Shown: one piece after another, positions 13,146-25,991 of the stretch
How the letters are laid out: every line of letters starts with the position of its first letter
Position numbering within the stretch: the first letter of the stretch is position 1
Source of the DNA: Phoronis australis
Taxonomy: Eukaryota; Animalia; Phoronida
Assembly: GCA_002633005.1 (NCBI GenBank)
Contig: NMRA01000316.1
Span: forward strand, 243,581 to 307,580
Length of the DNA stretch: 64,000 nucleotides
Direction: 5' to 3'
Notes under the pieces: model-generated
Told to the model about the DNA's origin: nothing
The model's input: the letters and a program-made list of their open reading frames with translations, nothing else
Database searches by the model: none
Made by a program: the position numbers and the translations under genes

Positions 13146-13466
13146 TGCCCGGGATTTGACGTGTTTACTCGAAATCGAATTTATTTTTACAGCTTCCTTT
13201 CTACTTCTGTATGGACACAAGATAAATGTATAGCAGCCTGTGCTCGAGTACTTTATGGTTTAACTGGAAAACTGCATTCCTGTTTTGCACTTAATGACTC
13301 CACCATTAAACTATAATTTCGAGTCTGAAATCGAAATGCAGAAGTTTTACTCGAAAGAAGCAAAGAATAATGAATAATTGCTATAAGTTAAAAAAAGGAG
13401 AACAGAAGATGCCAGATATTCTCTTTCTCGAATTCGAGATCCAGTAAAAAGATTAAATTCCGGGCC
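13146..13466. mobile_element. PIF/Harbinger-like MITE (diverged)
   Basis: CTA|TGCCCGGGATTTGAC...GATTAAATTCCGGGCC|CTG; related to the adjacent 13822-14187 element. Confidence 0.55.
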
Positions 13467-13769
13467 CTGATTGCGTAGAATTACAGAATAGCACAAATCT
13501 TCGGGCGAATGGAGCAAAGACCACGAGAGTCTTCAAAACTTACGGACGGATCTATCAAAAGCAAGTTACCCAACCTCAGTTTTCGAATGAAAACCTCAGT
13601 GTAGGTTTTAAAATCGACATGTCCACGGCTTATAAGAAGGTACCCTAAAATTGTTACGCTAGTTTCATATGCCATTTGGTTTTAGGCAAAATTAGTCTAT
13701 TTGTCAGGTTCATGTGATCAACAACGCTTGCTACTGCTGTGAAGTGGAATTATCAAAACAGTTTTAAAG

Positions 13770-14295
13770 TGTGGCTCAGCAGTTTGAGCTCCGGCCCCCC
13801 TCCCCCCTGTTGGGAGACCTGGGCCCCGAATCTTATCTTTGTACTCGAAACGAACTTAAATTTATTTTTGTCAATTTCTCTACTACTTTTGCGCGAACTC
13901 AAGATAAGTGATTATTAGACATTACATAACAGTTTAGGCATACGAGTTTCTAGTCTAAGTTTGCACTTGATGACCTAATGTTCGTGCAACAAATTCGAGT
14001 AAAACCCTTTTAGCCTCAATGTTGGGCTTATCAACTGAAAACTAGGACCAAAAATTATCCACGTAAGTCATGATGTTCTCGAGCCTAGAATAATAGACAA
14101 TTATCTTGAATTCGCACAAAAGTAGAGTAGAAAATACCAAACATAATTTCGAGTTCCATTTGGAGTAAAAAGATTAGAACCCGGGCCCTAAGTTCGAATC
14201 CTGGCTTCACTGGAAGACAATCGAACATTGCACAAGAGTGTCTCCTACTCCTCCGAGTTCGGTCTTACTACTGAGTAGAATGAATGTACCTGTAT
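13770..14295 (+). mobile_element. tRNA-derived SINE interrupted by a Harbinger-like MITE
   Basis: A box GTGGCTCAGCAGTTTGAGC at about 13771 and B box AGTTCGAATCC at 14191 regain tRNA-like spacing once 13822-14187 is removed. Confidence 0.5.
13822..14187. mobile_element. PIF/Harbinger-like MITE with about 100-bp imperfect TIRs
   Basis: CTG|GGCCCCGAATCTTATCTTT...AAAGATTAGAACCCGGGCC|CTA; 3-bp CWG-type target. Confidence 0.7.
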
Positions 14296-16129
14296 ACAAG
14301 GGAAGGAATATGCCAATTATTTAAATGTCAGCGATAATATACACCGGCTAATGCTCTATGTTTACTCTGAAACTTTACAACAAATACTTTTAAAAAGAAC
14401 TTTCAAAAAATTAGTTTTCAGTTCAATCGGTGCGGTCGTGAAATGCTCGTTAGAACAGGGGTGCCTTCCGCAGATCAGCCAGAAAAGCGAGATCACAAGA
14501 AACCGCGCAAAATCCCGCGAGTGAGAAGCGAATGCTCGCGAGTTTGCTCGAGACCTTACTGGCGTTACCCATCAAAATGATTGGTTGGTGTGGTAGTAAC
14601 GTTTATTATGCGATAGAATCTACTGTTTCCATTCCGTGAGCGAAGGTTTCTCGCTCCAAGAGCAAGGCTAATGTCTCGAGACTATGGAACGCACCCCGAA
14701 TCAAGAGGCTCATGAGCATTGAACAATTTAGCGCAGCGCACACGTCACTGGACTTGCTGTCTGTCTTCCACTCTGTTAAAAACTGTATAAACAGAATTAA
14801 CAATTATGAGCCATTCCACAACGAAAGCGCTACCCATGACCACAAAATCATTTGCGCCTCATACAGGTATGTTAGACATTTCACTTCTACCGAAAAGGAA
14901 GCCAGGCTCAGAAAAGTGTGACAATATAACGCAAAATCTAGATTTCAGACAAAAACCACCACTTCTGTGGCAATGCTCGACACGAGCCAACACTATCTAC
15001 TAACAGATAATTTACAACAGATTCCACTAATATGGCCCAAACGTCTTGGCAACCAATCAATTTTTTGGCAATTTTGAATTGCTTGTGTATCAGCGAAATC
15101 GCAGCAGATTCCCATCTCTCTGCACCGGAATGCAACAGCTATAGAAAGCCGCCATGTTAGGAAACGTGAATCTTTTCATCACAACAAGCTAACATTCACA
15201 TGCAAATTCAGCAAACCTACTAGCAATGCATACCTCAAAACTGACACCAAACCTGGCTTACACTGTACCAAATGAATTTGAATTCTTGGACTAGGCCATA
15301 ATATACATGTACCTGTGCAGTGCCGTCGTTACCAACTTTGACGTCACAACCGGGAATAAATACATTACACGGACTGCCATCTCATCAACTGTAACTCTAG
15401 AAATGTCAGTCGTTGTGGGAAACTCAGTTAATCAACTGAGAGAAAAAAACAAACTATTCGATTTTAAAGAAATTCTCGTTAGCACTTTACCAATTACGTG
15501 CGAATGATTTCAGTCGGTGATAACCATTGGATACGATACAGTTTACAGAATTCGTGGCCTTCAATAGCTTTGCTAGTTTCACTGTTTGAAAAGTAACTGG
15601 TGTAAATGTCGGCAACAGTTATGCGTAGTTTCCGAATAGTTAGTTCCTATAGAGCTCATCCAGATTAAGTTTCCAATCATCATTCTAGAAGTCATCGCCT
15701 GGTGACAGGCCCAAAACCAAATAAGACTGAGGTCCACAACCCTGTAAGTTTTCGGCAATTAAAAGTTTAATACAAGCAATTTCGATAACTTGGACACATC
15801 TGTAGCTAATAGATCTACACTTATAAAAACGCATAAAACTAAATTAACTAAAACAGGGAGAGTAAACTGGGTGATGATCAAAAACCTCGTGGCCCAATAT
15901 ATATGACAGAAATGTTTCTTTCTGGGACTCTCGGCGATATGGGACACTCCACTACACAATTATTCTGTATCATTTCCAACTAGTTTTAACAAAGTGCAAG
16001 AAATAACAAGATTTACAACTGATTAGTTTTTGATTGCAGTCAAGTTGTCAACAGCCATCTACAACGTCTACGCACGTTGGCGAGATCAATGTCAGGGCCG
16101 TAATCATTATCCCGTTTTTATCCTTCGTT

Positions 16130-18065
16130 TTGTAATTTCTTTCTACATATCTTTCGCGACACAAGAATGTTCTAAGCAAAAAATATGGAGTTCCAAGTCA
16201 GTCAGTCGTTTAACGCATACACGCTTTACATGATAACGCGTGCATACTTTACTCATTAACGCGCTTATCTATTTCGTATAGAGTTAATGAGCTGCGAAGA
16301 TGAATGCCCGAGTCACGATTTAACTTAAAACGCGACAATGGCTGGTACATGTACAAGCAGGTCAGAGAAGTCCAAGGACAGGCTAATTCTTAGACTTGTA
16401 CAACATTCATACTTAAATACGTCATCGTGGCCTTGTCATGTATGGGAAATATTATTCAAATACTGACAGAAACAATGGATTCCGTTACCGCTGCTTTGTT
16501 CCTAGCATAGGATAGCGTTGAAGTTGACAAAAATAATGCAACGAGAATTGAATCCAGAGAAGAACCATGAGACTGACCTGCTAGTGATATGGTGAGAGGA
16601 CAGTTACAGAGACAGCTTTCAACCTGTTTGGAATTTTTGAACTGGTCATCAAAACTGATGCCTTAATAAATTACCAGGAATGTACACAGATTAGTTCATT
16701 ATAATTGATTTGGCTGACTTCAAATTTAAAGACTGATCTGGTCCATACTGGCATGTATAAAGATCTGGGCAATACTGGCATGTATAAAGACCTGGGCCAT
16801 ACTGGGATGTATAAAGATCTGGGCCATACTGGCATGTATAAAGATCTGGGCCATACTGGCATGTATAAAGACCTGGGCCATACTGGCATGTATAAAGATC
16901 TGGGACATACTGGCATGTATAAAGATCTGGGCCATTCTGGCATGTATAAAGATGTGGGCTATACTGGCATGTTTAAAGATCTGGGCCATACTGGCATGTA
17001 CACAGATCTGGGCCATACTGTCATGTACAAAGATCTGGACCATACTGGGATGTATAAAAATCTGGACCATACTGGCATATATAAAGATCTAGGCCATACT
17101 GGCATGTATAAAGATCTGGGCCACACTAGCATGTAAAAAGATCTGGGCAATACTGGCATGTATAAAGATCTGGGCCATACTGGCATGTACAAAGATCTGG
17201 GCCATACTGGCATGTATAAAGTTCTGGTCCATACTGGTATGTATAAACATCTAGGAATAACAGCTCGTAAAACCGACATATCAAAATCTCAGTCTGAAAA
17301 AATGAAAATGCAGGACCGACGAAGCTTTGCAAACTACCATAACTCGGAAGGACAGACAAGGGACAACCTACGCACATCTACAAAGCGCGCGTTTTTCCAA
17401 CACATGAAGACCTAGATTCATACGGAAGTCGTAAGTTTGTCAGTTACGTACGTGTTGTACACCTTAGCGCGTAAATCGACCAAATCAACGAGAGTTAACT
17501 AACATACTCACTGGAACTGACTATAAATTTTGTGAACATCCCTGTTGGTTGGATAATTACCACGGCATAGTTTTTTATGATTGGTCCAAAAAGGAAATGC
17601 CGAACAGGTTGAAAGCAGTCTCGAAACTGTCCGTTCAGCACGTTATTAACAGGTGAGTCCCACTCAGCCACAGGGTTATTCTATTTATGTGTCAACGTCC
17701 TCACAGCATTTCAGTAAGACTGCAACAGTAACAGATTTCCCAGTTTTTGGTTAGTTTTTAAATAATATTCACGCATAAAGGAAAGGGTCGCCAAGTCTAA
17801 ATAAGCAGCAAGATCTTGACTTCGTGATCTACCAGCCTCGGCCGAGATACATCGTGAGGCGAATATCCATCTCCGCACCACAATAACCCGCCACGAAATA
17901 GATTAGCGCGTTAACACGTAAAACCTGGACGCATTAGCAAGTGAACGTCTTGGAATTCCTTAAAAACCAAATAGCACTAAACTGCTAATGGCTACAGCGC
18001 ACACTTTTGTTTCGGCAATAGTTAGCTCTCATAATTCATCGAAAGATGCATGTATAAGGAGAAAT
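16130..18065. mobile_element. Old foldback-like element: diverged inverted arms of about 500 bp around a minisatellite
   Basis: About 16130-16640 matches the reverse complement of about 17590-18065, e.g. TTAACGCGCTTATCTATTTCG vs CGAAATAGATTAGCGCGTTAA and CAGCTTTCAACCTGTT vs AACAGGTTGAAAGCAG. Ends approximate. Confidence 0.6.
16735..17250. repeat. 27-bp minisatellite, about 19 copies
   Basis: Unit ATAAAGATCTGGGCCATACTGGCATGT; gives the YKDLGHTGM-type repetitive ORFs. Confidence 0.96.
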
Positions 18066-20455
18066 ATTAGCAATCGATTAATTCGCTTTATCGAGTCTAT
18101 CGTCTCTTCTGTCTTGTGCACATGTACTCACATGGAACCTACTTTGATTTCATCAAATTATTGTCATTACACAACCAGGCACGACATTCGTTTGGCTACG
18201 AATTCGCTCGGGAGGCAGTGACTGGGAAATTAATGCAAGGTAATTTTACCGTAATGAAATAATCAACTCTGCGAATGAACTTTTGTGGTTACTCAAATCA
18301 AAATCTGGAATGGGGAAAACTGCACAAGCGTCGAATGTCCAACAAAACGACAACCGTTCTATCATAGGAAAAGTATACGGTAAGTGTCGCTCAGATATAT
18401 GCAGATGACTGTTTCCAAACCAGTTTTCTACGACGGGTGCTTTCGTGAATCATTCCGAACAAAATAGTTCACTTTGGAAACAAAACTAAAGAGGTTCACT
18501 TTTCCAACTATATCTAAGAGGGTTCTTGATGGTTTCTCTTATGGTTGGAAACCGCTGCTCAAGAATTCCAGTGACGAGCTTACGTTTATGGAATTAATCA
18601 GTACACAAACGTGGCGCTTCCGGAAAAACAACTACAAGGGGTTCCTTTTTGACTGCTCTCAAATGGCAGTGCGTTCTGATTTTCCAGTTACAACCCCGGC
18701 AAAACTACATGTATACAGTGTAATTGCCCGGACGTTGAGTCGGTAATAATAGCAAATCTGCTGGATAGTTGGCAATATACAGCTGTTTCAACAAACCATA
18801 AACAATTATTGACATCGTTTATTAGATCCACTCATTTTATCACTTCCACCAGAACCTTATCACAAACTATGCTAGAAATAACTTCGTCTTATATACATTT
18901 CCGATTGATAACTGCAATACTACATTGTACATGTACCTGTATGATGAAGCGTGATTCTTGGATGAAATTTACTTTTAGGAACAACATCCAATGAGTGTAG
19001 CAAGAAAGGTTCGCTACAGCAAATAATCTACTGTTTTCGGCCCCGTGAAGACTTGAGGCTACTAGATAAGAAAATTTAGGAAACGGGTCCACCAAGTCAA
19101 ACTCACCGACTACCAAAATGTTAGAATCGTCCCATATATCTACATCAAAAGTACTCCACAGTTTAAGTAGTTAGTACATGTTTGATTCAACTGCGTGTCA
19201 CTGGCGTTTGCCATGTCCGTCAATGGACAGTAGGCCTACTGTCTGCTTGTTAAAGCCAATGTGTTGTTTGTTCAGCAGTGCCCGCGGGTATTGGAGAACT
19301 TTTACGTTCTGTGTAATTCAGCGCGCTCGTAATTAAATGATCCGTTTGGGGAACCAGCCATCAATTTGTACAAGAGAGAGACTTGGCCACATTATTAATT
19401 ACAGAAGCTTAATTAGAGAAAACATCAACCGCGCATGGTGCGAATTCCGTAAAAAGAAAAGTCTCTTTGGTAAAATTTTGTGTTTTACACTTTTTGGAAC
19501 ACGGGCCTGGAAAGTGACACCGTGAGAACTCCATAGGATATAAGCGTTATTTCAGGCATCATTTTGTATGTGTTACCAAGCAATTCGGATTTGCAGAGAA
19601 TAGCAGCATGGGTCATCGTTTTAAAATGTGGTCGGTTAGACCAAATTTACCGAGGTAGGACTGTTCTTGTGGAATCAATCGAGAGTGCACACCTTGCATG
19701 TTTAGCCATGAGTACGATTCAGCCATGCATTTGTTATATACATAATAATCCCAGAATTTCCATAACAATTATTCCGACCAGAGAAACACAGGTAAGCAAG
19801 GTCCGTCACGGTATCAGTACCCATTATCAACACTACAAAATGTATTAACGGGGATGCACGTTCAGGGCTCATAGCGAAATTTTGCTTCCGGCACGCTCCC
19901 AATGCACTATCCCTTTTCAAAGTTTGTGACGGAAAATTTCGAAATACAGATTGAGTAAAGCTGTAATATTTAACATGAAAATGGTGCAAGAGAGTATTTT
20001 GGTATGTGCGTGTTTTTCTGTTTCTGATTATAAGAGACTCCCGCTGAGAATTCATATTTTCAACTCCCAAATTATGTCAGAATGAAAGTCTACACGCAAC
20101 CGTATGCTCCTGTACTTTTTAGCCACGTAGGCACGGCGTGACAGGAATCCCCAAAAATAAAGTTCGCCAAAATTAACCGTTGTATCCTTTACCAGTACGT
20201 GTGGCCACGTGTATGTTTCGAAAGAGTTTCCTAACCACATTCGAGTGGCTAGTTCAACAAGACCTACATTTAGAATAACGCCCACCGCTTCGATACATGT
20301 ACTTTGGACAAAAATTGTGCTTATGTTTTCTCATGACCAACAAACGTTATTGCCGAAATCGGTAGTACTAGCACTCTATCGACTAAGTTGTTGAACTATA
20401 CAGCTGAGTTAAACTAATCCATACGCAGCATGTCAAGGCGAGTGTGTGTACTTAC

Positions 20456-20900
20456 CGACAGAAATCCAAGCTAATTGATCAGCTTAACTGTCGAATATAC
20501 TCCTAAAGCTTTCCAGCAACACTGAACTGAGGAACTGCAGGATGCTGTGAGACGCCTGCACGAACAAACTGTCAGCTACAAATCCTATCTCCTATTGCGA
20601 TATTCTGCTTTTCTGGAACGCGGGAATTCGACTGTTCCAGACAAATCCACATACATGTACATGTATATCGACAATACTCCCACCACCAACTGAGACGGTT
20701 GATTTACAGCCGAAGAGGACACAGCGCGCTATCGTAAAACCAACGGAAGACTTCTTACAAAGCTGATAAATTCGTAACCACAATTGAAAATTCAAACACT
20801 GAAAACATGCCGTCAGATTTCCAGAAGCTTATCACAGACTCTAAGTACAGTGACTATCGGTTTAGCCTTTGGCTAGTCGATCTATCGCAGCTGGTTTTGG
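20456..20900 (-). other. Candidate non-coding 5' exon / promoter region of the adenylate cyclase gene
   Basis: Consensus donor TCG|GTAAGT at 20456 in non-repetitive sequence; the first coding exon has an acceptor and so needs an upstream exon. Upstream boundary is a guess. Confidence 0.3.
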
Positions 20901-21707
20901 TTCGAACCATTCTGGGGCGCGGGTATGTCAGTGAAAGAGAGATGATGTGCCACAGAGTTATTTGCTGATAATTTATCATCATAACAAGACTTTTAGGTCA
21001 AACGGGCGTTGGTTGCCTGTTAACGAAATTGGTTGCAGAACACTTAAAATTTTATCGTTTTCACCGAAAAAATACATGTCGAATTGACGTTATCCTAATA
21101 CACCCTCAAAACAGCCCAAGAAAAAATCCAGTAAAGATTCGTTAACGTCGACATTTCGGAAATGGCGGATCAACCGCAGGTTTAGCGTTTCTACTCCACA
21201 TGATGAAATCAGCAGTTGTGTCCAAAGAGTGGAAGTATTCCGTCTTGGTGCAAAATTCTACATAAACTTGTATTGTTTGAGTAAGAGGACATAATACAAC
21301 ATTAAGTTCGGCATCGATGTTCAGAGTTCATGTCAAAATTCGTGTGATCAACCACATATGTACCGAGGCTGGGCAGTTCGGGGTCATATATGATGACATA
21401 TAGCGTTGACTGAATATTAAAGCGCATGAGAATTACTTTCACGGTCTCCCCATTACTTTACCCTCTCGAAAGCCGCTTATTCCACCCGCTTTGGTGGCTC
21501 CCAATTCCACACCCCCCCCCCCTTCCGCCCCTCCCTAATTCATATACGTCTTTCCCGTATAGTTCAATTGGATGCTTTGCTGCCTGAATTTTTCCTCATT
21601 TTTTCCGCATTTTTCTTATTTTTCGAGTAATGGCTCCCTGTCTCCAAGCACCTAATGCAACAACCCATGGTCGGTGCCCGAGAAACCACGGGTTGAACTC
21701 GACACAT

Positions 21708-21815
21708 CATGGGCGGCGCAACATAGCGGTCAGGGGGGAGCTATAGCACCCACTATTTTTAGTGTTTCGCCACAGGGCTATGGCCCCCACCTTTTTCAGT
21801 AGTGCGCCACCCATC
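21708..21815. mobile_element. Short MITE, CATGGGCGGCG family
   Basis: CATGGGCGGCGCA...TGCGCCACCCATC; related copies at 55971-56118. Confidence 0.5.
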
Positions 21816-22213
21816 AGCAGTTTGATAGCGTTGCAAAGTTGGGATCAACTCCCGTCATCCGATCGTGGACACAGACTTACTCTACATGTACCTGCACTAA
21901 ACTCGTCTCTGCCGGCACCGTCCGCATATCCCACACTACGGAGATCGCTTGACCCTTAACTTCTGTTATAAATAAAGCCACATAAAAATCATGATTATTC
22001 ACCAATCTCGCCAGTGATAGTCAAAGCACGCTTGACCCCATTAACAAACAGAAGGTATCGCTACGCTGTTCAACACGAATATAGATTTGCCATTTCGTAA
22101 CGCGAGAAGATCGCGTAAACCGGCGCAAGATTTCGGGAAGTATCGCCAAGTATTACAAGCGATGCATTTGGTCCTAACCGGCCAACAGAGGGGCTACGTG
22201 ATGCCTATCTTCG

Positions 22214-23029
22214 AGATTGTTCTGAAACCCCCTCGACCCCCACAACCCACAACCCCGTCGACCCAGTCTACACAAGCTCGACTCGATCTGAACATAGAAC
22301 AAAAGCGGACTTGTACAGCCTGTACAATGAGTTGGGCCGTGAGCTCGGCTGGCTTTCCCCTGCTTTTTGCAATTAAGGCAGTAGATTTGGCAAGTTTAAA
22401 AGCCAAAAACAGAAAAAAGCAACGCGACCATAAAATCAAACCAAAGACCTACCAATCTTACAAATGTCGTTCCCAGCAGAGTGCAATCGTCTCGTCTGCT
22501 CTTCAGTGAATTGCAGAGTTCGAGGAACCGACTAAACTGTACTTTCACCAGTATATACAGTTTGAAAAAAACTAACAGTTAGCTACAAACTATTTCAACA
22601 TTATAAGGCGCATATTGTAAACGAGTATGAAATATAAAGCAAATAATAAAAATATGAAATTATGTACATTCACGTTAACGCACTCTCTCCCTATGTTTAT
22701 TAGAACTGTCGATAGCCGCTCGCCGTGGAACTATTTCCATGGCAACGATAGCGTGCTCACAATGCGCTATTCAAGACCACCGGCGTTCTCACGCCACTTT
22801 CTGTTTCCAATCACCGGACTTCAGCCAGAGCAGACTCGCACGAAGGTAGTGTCTTATGGGAAAGTCACTCAGTGACGTAATAAAATTATGCATCTGTAAA
22901 AAGCGCACAGATAAATCTATTGCCAAAGGTAGTGGGGTCGTGTGTCATGGGTCGTGGGTAGAAGGGGTCGTGCGTCGAGGGGGTCGTGGGTCGAGGGATG
23001 TGGGGGTCGAGGAGGTTTCAGTACAATCC
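22214..23029. mobile_element. Non-autonomous DNA transposon, possibly MULE-like
   Basis: About 29-bp TIRs AGATTGTTCTGAAACCCCCTCGACCCCCA / TGGGGGTCGAGGAGGTTTCAGTACAATCC; subterminal CGACC repeats; degenerate 9-bp flanks CTATCTTCG / TTTCCTTCG (6/9). Confidence 0.65.
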
Positions 23030-23167
23030 TTTCCTTCGTGAGGTTCTTGAGTCTGCAGAACTCGAATTTACGAGCGCGAGAGCGGGAAGACCCGGAAGGC
23101 GGTTATATTATTGATAATGGATTTGCCGAGAAAACTATGAGACTTTCCTTGTCTGCGTTACCTGTGC

Positions 23168-23436
23168 CAGTGGCGGATCTAGGATATCATAAAGGGGGGA
23201 ATAAAATTTTGTCTGGGAAAATTGAGCAAAGAACGATTAGATGCGCGCACGCAGCCTGAAAGACAGGCAGGCTCTCGCGTCTAAACCTTCTACACCGAGG
23301 ACTAAAAAAAAAAAACGAAAACGGTTGCGCAAGCAGTAGGGGCNTACTTGTTGAACTCATAGTTTCCTTACACTCTTGCTGTTTTATTTTTTCCGCAGCC
23401 CAGGGGGCGGGCCCCCTACCCCTAAACCCGCCTATG
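23168..23436. mobile_element. Internally deleted copy of the 6880 hAT5-like MITE (opposite orientation)
   Basis: CAGTGGCGGATCTAGGATATC...CCTAAACCCGCCTATG; flanks TGTGC / TGTGT (4/5). Confidence 0.75.
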
Positions 23437-23875
23437 TGTGTACGGCCTAAACATAGTCGACATGGCTTTAAATAAACAACGAACCTACTGTTACCAAATA
23501 TTAATTTGCTATCCTTCCTTTACGATAATCTTTGGTCGATTAATTATCCCCCAGTACCAGGTACAAGCTGTTTGATTCGGAATATAATATAATCACAACG
23601 TCACTTCAACTGATAAATCGTCATTTCAGGAAAGTGTCACTTTTTCATGTACGTTTTTTTTAATCTGAAGTGCGGTACATGTACGCATTCTCCGTTATTG
23701 CAAGACTGTAAGAACAACGATGATGACCATCATGCATACAATAGTTTACTTCTTGCGCCAGGAATGTCAAAAGTAGACGATTTTTTTGCGTCTAAGCCAT
23801 GGCATAGAAATCGGTTTGTAAAGCGCGGGTACTTTAGACCTGCCTACGAATCAAAACAATAACTCCAAAAGATAG

Positions 23876-23881
23876 TTTATT
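23876..23881 (-). terminator. Candidate polyadenylation signal of the BMI1-like gene
   Basis: First AATAAA I found on the minus strand downstream of the stop codon (about 1.25-kb 3'UTR), followed by a GT-rich tract. Confidence 0.45.
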
Positions 23882-25123
23882 TTGGTTCACCAGTTTCGTA
23901 ACAACGTCACATGCAAACTACATATAAAGTCGGTCACCAATGCAATCGGCCGTGCTTTTGGAAGGAAGCACCAACGTATTTCTGTGACATAAATAAGCGG
24001 TTTTAAAATTACAGAGGCCGAACTATTTACGGTCCGGGTCGCGATACGCAGTTTATGACATGCAAAGAACGTGGTAATCAAAAGACCACATGACCACCCT
24101 AAACCTGTAAACAGCTTTGAAACAAATGCCATTTAACTGAAGGTTACACACACACGTATTGCATAAACTCGTCAAGTTATGGAATATTATTTTTGTACCG
24201 TAACCGTTGTGACTTACGCCAACAGTACTTGTCGTCTAGCGAACAAACGTCTTCCGTACAGAAGCCTTCCTTGGGTGTATACACAGAAAATGTCACAGCG
24301 ACGTATATTGGAAGAAAGCAGAAATTCTTGGGATATCCTGCTCTATATCTTGACGTAACAGCATACGTTTGATCACTAGAAAATTGTGAAGGCGATTTAG
24401 CGATTTAGTGAGTGTTAACGTTTGTTGTCCATTACAACTCTGCCCAAAGGTTTAACACGTACATGTACACTGGGCACAAATTGACAATGGGCTTACAAAC
24501 GGAAATCTCCGGTACACACTGAACTTACCTTTGAAGCACTTTGAAAGCGCACAATTGGGGAAATAAATAATCATCACGTGCACTTAAATATACATATGTG
24601 ATCAATTACTAACAACATGATTCACATTAATCACAGCTCAAGTGTTGTGATTCCAGCAACTACTCACTACAAATAAACACGAAGACCAAAGGTCACGTGT
24701 GCATACGTGTACATATGTGATAATACCACCATGTGGAAGACTCCACTACATGTAACACAAAACATTTCTATTTAAGCACCATCCAATAACAGTACTTAGT
24801 TACGGAGTAATCGAATGGCTGCAAAAGGAGAGGATTGCACCTTCCCGTAGCGCAAGTACTTCGGCCCGGCCATGAAGAACCCCTCAACACCAGAATTCGC
24901 GTGACACAACACCACTGTCAAAGCGAGTGCAACCAGGCTTGCGTTCGCAAATGCAAGAATCTCGCAAGTTAATGTGATTGCAGGCCTCGCTTGCAATGCA
25001 AGGCGATACCTCACGGAGTCTTTCGCACTCTTGCGTTGGCCCGCGAAATTCGCACATCTACAGAAAGCAACGCTGGTTTTCTCGTTTTGAATCACAGACG
25101 AGCAGACGATGACGCAGACACAA

Positions 25124-25654
25124 TCAATTCTTGGCGTCGCTATCGCTGTTGCCCCTTTTCTCCACGGTGGCCGAATGTTCCCTATTCGCGTTTCCGTTCT
25201 TCAGGTTTTCAACTATGCGATCCAACGTAGCGGAACTTCTGGGGCTCTTCAAGTGATCTCGATGAGCAAGAACAGATTTCGGCCGAGACGTGTCGATTTC
25301 TAACTCCCCGGGTGATGCGGATTCGCTCGATTTCATCTTTATCGCGTTCGCGTCATCATTCCCAGTGGATTCAGCGCTTTGGTTGACGCCGTTACTCCTC
25401 GACGTGATTGCGCTTGGAGTAGACTTTTCAGACTCGTTCACTTTGGACGACGCATCTGCATTCGATACGTCATCTTTGGATGAATTCGAGTTGCTAGACT
25501 TAGCCGCCGATTCAGACGCGGCAACTTGTTTGTTGACGTCGCTCGAGGCATGGCCATTTTGCTGCAATGAATCGTGCGTCGTTTTCAACCTCTTGTGTAG
25601 ATTCTTTCTCACCGGAAGTTCATAGACTGTGTAGAAGAGTCGAAGGGGCACCCG
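25124..25654 (-). CDS. BMI1: BMI1-like coding exon 8 (end of RAWUL, NLS, Ser-rich tail, stop)
   Basis: TTTTTCAG|CGG; RVPLRLFYTVYELPVRKNLHKRLK...SDAKN*. Confidence 0.9.
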   Translation of the reverse strand, partial: RVPLRLFYTVYELPVRKNLHKRLKTTHDSLQQNGHASSDVNKQVAASESAAKSSNSNSSKDDVSNADASSKVNESEKSTPSAITSRSNGVNQSAESTGNDDANAIKMKSSESASPGELEIDTSRPKSVLAHRDHLKSPRSSATLDRIVENLKNGNANREHSATVEKRGNSDSDAKN

Positions 25655-25991
25655 CTGAAAAATTAATTACATTTACAACATGCTTAAAATACATCGGGAA
25701 ATCGGTGTAATAAACTCGATCTCACAATGAAGGTGGAAAGAGATGGCTCCTGCAAATTCAATATAAGCGTCATAGCGAGCAGACGATAAACTCTCTATTT
25801 TCATAACTAAAAGAAACCATTTACCATTTCGAGCAAGAGAGGGTAACATGTTCCGGAGTGTTCGTATCAATGCTAATAACAATGAATGAAAAGAGGAGTT
25901 CAGGTGACGGATATTACATCCCGATATTAATTACACTATGCAGACTTAGCGTATGAAGGAAAGTGAGGGTATTTCTGAGTCAGTATTAAAT

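Noticed and set aside
16671-17415. Overlapping repetitive ORFs (YKDLGHTGM, PVWPRSLYM)
   Set aside because: By-products of the 27-bp array; the plus-strand frame is broken by a TAA at 17134 and there is no splice or domain support.
25290-25625. Plus-strand 111-aa ORF
   Set aside because: Antisense shadow of the last BMI1 exon.
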